32,000 nucleotides of DNA from positions 2,640,001-2,672,000 of the forward strand of contig NC_008312.1 in assembly GCF_000014265.1 (NCBI RefSeq), written 5' to 3'. Source of the DNA: Trichodesmium erythraeum IMS101 (GTDB lineage: Bacteria > Cyanobacteriota > Cyanobacteriia > Cyanobacteriales > Microcoleaceae). Position numbers and translations under genes: made by a program. Under the pieces are notes generated by a model. That model had not been told where the DNA came from and did not search any database. It saw only the letters and a list, made by a program, of their open reading frames with translations. Shown here piece by piece: positions 28,120 through 32,000 of the stretch (position 1 is the first letter of the stretch; each line of letters starts with the position of its first letter).

Positions 28120-29091
28120 AAATAGAAATTCTTAGTACAGGACAAAATTTATAAATACTCTAAAAATGCAAGGTATTTTAGATTTAAATCATTTCCTGGG
28201 AAGATGAGCAGACAGAGCACATAGAGCGAATAAATCCACTTTTTGAGTTCTCCTAAAGATAGAAGGATGGCAAAAATTGGGTGAAAAACCTCCCACAATC
28301 CCTACAGTCTTTTGTTTAGTAATTTTTTATTTGTTTTTTTAGAGTATATATGTTATAATATAAATATTTATTTTTGGAAAATTAGTATGAAGTAAAAAAT
28401 GGATACACCAGGCAGGGGTAATCCAACTTCAGAGGGGTACAGTACAGCAGCTGATGAAATGTGAACCACCCACCAGCCCTTGGGCTTAGGAACGTTATAA
28501 ACTCGGTACCAATCAGTCGGGGAGGATTTAAAAGAGACTGTATAGATATGGTAGCAACTCAAGCAAGTTACTCTGTTGAGTGGCATAGAGATAAATTAGT
28601 TAAGTGTATCTGAATTATGCAATATTTGACCAGATAAAAGCTATGTATCTGGTAAATGCTTGTCTCATTTCTCAGGAGGAGTCCATGTATCCCTAACCTC
28701 ACTATTCAGTTAGGAAGTGGGACCTATAACACTTTGAACTCCTCACAAATTAAAGTCAAGCTGCTCAAATTAGCATTTTGTACAATCTAGGTTCAGACCC
28801 AATGCCTATTATTTCTTGTTGAAAATAAACATCTTTTGAGACTCAGGATTCTACACAAGCAATTGAAATCTGGAATTTTCTTGACTTGTAACCATTGAAA
28901 CAGAAGGCTTGAGACCTTAATTTATTGATTATTAATAATAAATCTGTAGATTTATCATAAGTTTGTGCTAGACTAGATAAAGGCGAGAATAAATATACTG
29001 GGAAATTAAGACCAAAAAAATGATCGCCTAATAAATACATAAAATCACAAAGTATACATATTAACATTATTAATTCTAGGCAAATAGCTCT

Positions 29092-30216
29092 ATGGCCCGC
29101 GATTATTACGAAATTCTAGGTGTTTCTCGTAGTGCAGATAAAGAGGAACTAAAGCGTGCCTACCGTCGCTTGGCTCGTAAGTACCACCCAGATGTGAATA
29201 AAGAACCAGGATCAGAAGAGCGCTTTAAAGAGATAAATCGAGCTTACGAAATTCTTTCAGATCCAGAAATGAAGGCCCGTTTTGATCGCTTTGGAGAAGC
29301 TGGGGTATCAGGAGGAGCAGCATCAGGTTTTTCAACAGACTTTTCAGATAGCTTCGCTGATATATTTGAAAGCTTTTTCAGTGGGTTTGGAGGAGCGGGA
29401 ACTCAAGGACGTAGGCGAACAGGTCCAGTAAGAGGAGATGACTTACGTTTAGACTTGAATCTGGAGTTTATCGAAGCTATATTTGGTGGTGATAAAGAAC
29501 TAACAATTAAACACCTGGAAACTTGTGGAACCTGTAATGGTTCAGGGGCTAAACCAGGTACAAAACCTCAAACTTGCTCTACTTGTGGGGGTACGGGTCA
29601 AGTTCGCCGAGCGACAAGAACTCCTTTTAGTAGTTTCACTCAAGTTTCAGTTTGTCCCTCATGTAACGGTAGTGGACAGATAATAGAAGAAAAATGTGTT
29701 GATTGTGGAGGCCGTGGACAGAAAGAGGCTACAAAAAAAATAAAAATTACTATCCCAGGGGGGGTAGACAATGGTACTAGGTTACGAGTATCTAATGAAG
29801 GAGATGCAGGTCGGATGGGTGGCCCACCAGGAGACTTGTATGTTTTTCTATCCGTAAAAAATCACCCAGAGTTTCAAAGAGATGGAATTAATATTATCTC
29901 CCAAATAAAAATTAGCTATTTACAAGCAATTCTGGGTTGTTGTTTGGAAATAAATACAGTTGATGGTAAGACGGAATTAACAATTCCATCAGGAACTCAG
30001 CCTAATGCAATTTTAACTTTGGAAGATAAGGGAGTACCTAGACTAGGTAATTCAGTAAGTCGTGGGGCTCATCTGATTACTATCGAAATTGATATTCCCA
30101 CAAAAATTACTCCAGAAGAAAAAGAGTTATTGGAAAAATTGGCAAAGATTAAAGGTGAACGTACTGGAAAAGGAGGTATAGAAGGGTTTCTGGGAAGTTG
30201 GTTTCAACAAAAGTGA
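29092..30216 (+). CDS. dnaJ: type I Hsp40 co-chaperone DnaJ
   Basis: J-domain with HPD (KYHPDVNK), a G/F-rich linker, and four CxxCxGxG motifs ([32 protein letters not shown]). Confidence 0.95.
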   Translation: MARDYYEILGVSRSADKEELKRAYRRLARKYHPDVNKEPGSEERFKEINRAYEILSDPEMKARFDRFGEAGVSGGAASGFSTDFSDSFADIFESFFSGFGGAGTQGRRRTGPVRGDDLRLDLNLEFIEAIFGGDKELTIKHLETCGTCNGSGAKPGTKPQTCSTCGGTGQVRRATRTPFSSFTQVSVCPSCNGSGQIIEEKCVDCGGRGQKEATKKIKITIPGGVDNGTRLRVSNEGDAGRMGGPPGDLYVFLSVKNHPEFQRDGINIISQIKISYLQAILGCCLEINTVDGKTELTIPSGTQPNAILTLEDKGVPRLGNSVSRGAHLITIEIDIPTKITPEEKELLEKLAKIKGERTGKGGIEGFLGSWFQQK

Positions 30217-30583
30217 TTGAAATTAAAAAATTTCCTAATTATCTATCACAAAAATATTATCAGCAGGGTAAAAAAACAGAGGCGTTGCTGAATTATTTTA
30301 TAATTTTCTGGATGTTGAATTAGATTTATATATTGATTGGTATCTATTCATAACTGAAAATCAGCAACGCTAAAACATGATCTTAAATATTACCTAAGTA
30401 TACTAAATATGCTTGTTGTTGAAATTAAATTATGGTAAAGAAATTACACAACTAATGATTGTGCTTGATGAGTGTTCCTAAATACCTTTGACAACTTGAA
30501 TTTTAGCTGTACATACCCAAACGACAATAATCAACTTGATATGAGACTTTGTCTCAGTTTTATAGAGCAGAAAATATTTAACT

Positions 30584-30853
30584 ATGGATTCTCAAGCCCA
30601 AATCCAAGATGGACAAAAGTCAGATGCTCAAATAGATCTGCGAGGTACTCCATGTCCAATTAATTTTGTGAGGACAAAACTGTATCTGGAAAAGATGATG
30701 CCTGGAGAAATTTTAGAGGTGTGGTTAGACTCAGGGGAGCCAATAGAGCAAGTACCTGATAGTTTGATTGTGGAAGGTTATAAAATAGAAGAAATAAAAG
30801 AAAAGTGTGAATATTTTGTCCTCAAGGTGCGTCGCCCAGAAATGGTTGCATGA
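30584..30853 (+). CDS. TusA/SirA-like sulfur-carrier family protein
   Basis: 89 aa with the motif DLRGTPCPINFV (CPxP-type active-site Cys) and an alpha/beta sandwich-like size. Its stop overlaps the rsgA start (ATGA at 30850-30853). Confidence 0.75.
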   Translation: MDSQAQIQDGQKSDAQIDLRGTPCPINFVRTKLYLEKMMPGEILEVWLDSGEPIEQVPDSLIVEGYKIEEIKEKCEYFVLKVRRPEMVA

Positions 30854-31974
30854 ATTGGAATTCAGAAATAGGTGATGTATTTGAGAAGAACTGGTTAGGG
30901 ACAGTAGTAGCAGTTCAGGCAAATTTTTACCAAGTTAAGATTGAGAGAAGTTATAACTCAGTAAAAAATGCTAGAGAAAATTTACCTCAGTTTCTTCTAT
31001 GTACCCGTAGATCGCGTTTGAAGAAAATTGGCCAAAAAGTCATGGTGGGCGATCGCGTAATAATAGAGGACCCAGACTGGGTGGGTGGACGAGGTGCTAT
31101 AGCAGAGGTTTTACCAAGAGAAACAGAGCTTGATCGCCCTCCTATAGCTAATGTAAACCAGGTAATGTTGGTCTTTGCTTTGGCAGAGCCTAATTTAGAT
31201 CCTGTTGCTTTAACAAGGTTTTTACTTAAGGCGGAGTCAACAGGTTTAGAGATATGTTTGTGCTTGAGTAAATGCGATCTTGTATCTGCAACAAAAATGG
31301 AAGAATGGCGCTCTCAAATTTCTGAGTGGGGTTATGAACCATTTTTTATTAGTCTGAAAACAGATGTGGGTTTGGGAGTAGTTAAGGATGGCTCAAATTC
31401 TCTGTGGGAAAAACTGAGGAATAAAATTACTGTGGTTTCTGGTCCTTCTGGTGTGGGGAAGTCGAGTTTAATTAATTATTTGATTCCTGATGTGAATTTA
31501 CGGGTGAGTGCTGTGTCTGGAAAATTGTCGCGGGGACGACACACTACTCGTCATGTTGAGTTATTTGAACTGCCTAATGGGGGTTTATTGGCGGATACAC
31601 CAGGTTTTAATCAACCACAGTTAGAATGCGAAGCTATAGAGTTGGCGCATTTATTTCCAGAAGCTCGAAAGTATTTGGCAGATGGGAGTTGTCAGTTTAG
31701 TGACTGTTTACATCGGGATGAACCTAATTGTGTAGTAAGGGGTGAGTGGAATAGGTATGAGTATTATTTGATGTTTTTAGAAGAGGCGATCGCACGGCAG
31801 GAGGCATTACAACAAAAACCTTGTGTTGAGTCTAATTTAAAAGCAAAAATAAGTTCGGGTGGTAAACAAAAGTTAGAACCTAAGTTAGCTAGTAAAAAAT
31901 ATCGGCGTTCTTCTAGAAAATTAGAGCATCAGCAGTTGCAAGATCTGTGTGAGGAGTTAGTTGACTTTGAATAA
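30850..31974 (+). CDS. rsgA: ribosome small-subunit-dependent GTPase A
   Basis: 374 aa with circularly permuted GTPase motifs LSKCDL then GPSGVGKSSLIN then DTPGF, and the C-terminal zinc knuckle CQFSDCLHRDEPNCVV. Confidence 0.92.
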   Translation: MNWNSEIGDVFEKNWLGTVVAVQANFYQVKIERSYNSVKNARENLPQFLLCTRRSRLKKIGQKVMVGDRVIIEDPDWVGGRGAIAEVLPRETELDRPPIANVNQVMLVFALAEPNLDPVALTRFLLKAESTGLEICLCLSKCDLVSATKMEEWRSQISEWGYEPFFISLKTDVGLGVVKDGSNSLWEKLRNKITVVSGPSGVGKSSLINYLIPDVNLRVSAVSGKLSRGRHTTRHVELFELPNGGLLADTPGFNQPQLECEAIELAHLFPEARKYLADGSCQFSDCLHRDEPNCVVRGEWNRYEYYLMFLEEAIARQEALQQKPCVESNLKAKISSGGKQKLEPKLASKKYRRSSRKLEHQQLQDLCEELVDFE

Positions 31975-32000
31975 TTGTGAAGTTAGGCGATCGCTACTCA

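Noticed and set aside
28449-28465. CTGATGA...GAA resembling a hammerhead ribozyme core
   Set aside because: There is no stem II between CUGAUGA and GAAA, and no flanking stems I or III could be drawn.
28368-29067. Minus-strand ORFs 28368..28586 and 28843..29067 in the dnaK-dnaJ spacer
   Set aside because: There are no SD sequences or motifs, and they run opposite to the operon direction. The first coincides with the GC-rich island discussed as possible RNA.
30472-30663. 63-aa ORF overlapping the start of the tusA-like gene
   Set aside because: It is in a different frame and has no motif. The 89-aa frame carries the CPxP-type motif and couples to rsgA.
1-32000. tRNA, rRNA, tmRNA, RNase P or SRP RNA genes; intact IS/transposase or integrase
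   Set aside because: No T-loop (GGTTCGAAT/GGTTCAAAT-type) cloverleaf candidates, rRNA-like blocks, conserved RNase P/SRP/tmRNA boxes, or transposase-like ORFs were seen on either strand.

Overview
This is an AT-rich cyanobacterial chromosome segment. I counted 20 copies of the HIP1 octamer GCGATCGC, and the gene content and order look Nostocales-like. No searches were run: all family calls come from motifs read in the supplied translations, and many coordinates of non-ORF features are approximate. Well-supported core: a minus-strand type IV pilus motor cluster pilB-pilT-pilC (23380 down to 18181) faces divergently a plus-strand cluster grpE-dnaK-dnaJ-tusA-like-rsgA (24454 to 31974). Also present are psb27, a GT4 glycosyltransferase, a secreted GHL10-like protein, an MhpD/FAH-like hydratase with a lipoprotein signal, and a fatty-acid-hydroxylase/SDR fusion. 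The left ~8.5 kb is eroded and repeat-rich. It holds a trypco1-like conflict-system gene at the window edge, and a decayed solute-binding-protein gene whose 5' part was amplified as a nested tandem array (82-bp units inside 497-bp units). It also holds an SPFH/band-7 pseudogene and two related gene relics. The most unusual locus is a tandem cassette (5647-7283, minus strand) of small lysine-tailed proteins. Their coding regions have diverged to about 43% aa identity, yet their ~190-nt leaders are about 91% identical; each leader carries a conserved 26-codon uORF and a palindrome-bearing ~55-nt element present three times. Other non-genic structure: a 19-bp x24 VNTR seeded from the stop-codon region of the GHL10-like gene, a 104-bp x2 duplication with 16-bp palindromes, a 27-bp x3 repeat, 15-nt inverted repeats bracketing psb27, and GC-rich structured islands inside unusually long grpE-dnaK and dnaK-dnaJ spacers. 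I found no tRNA, rRNA, CRISPR array or intact transposase.
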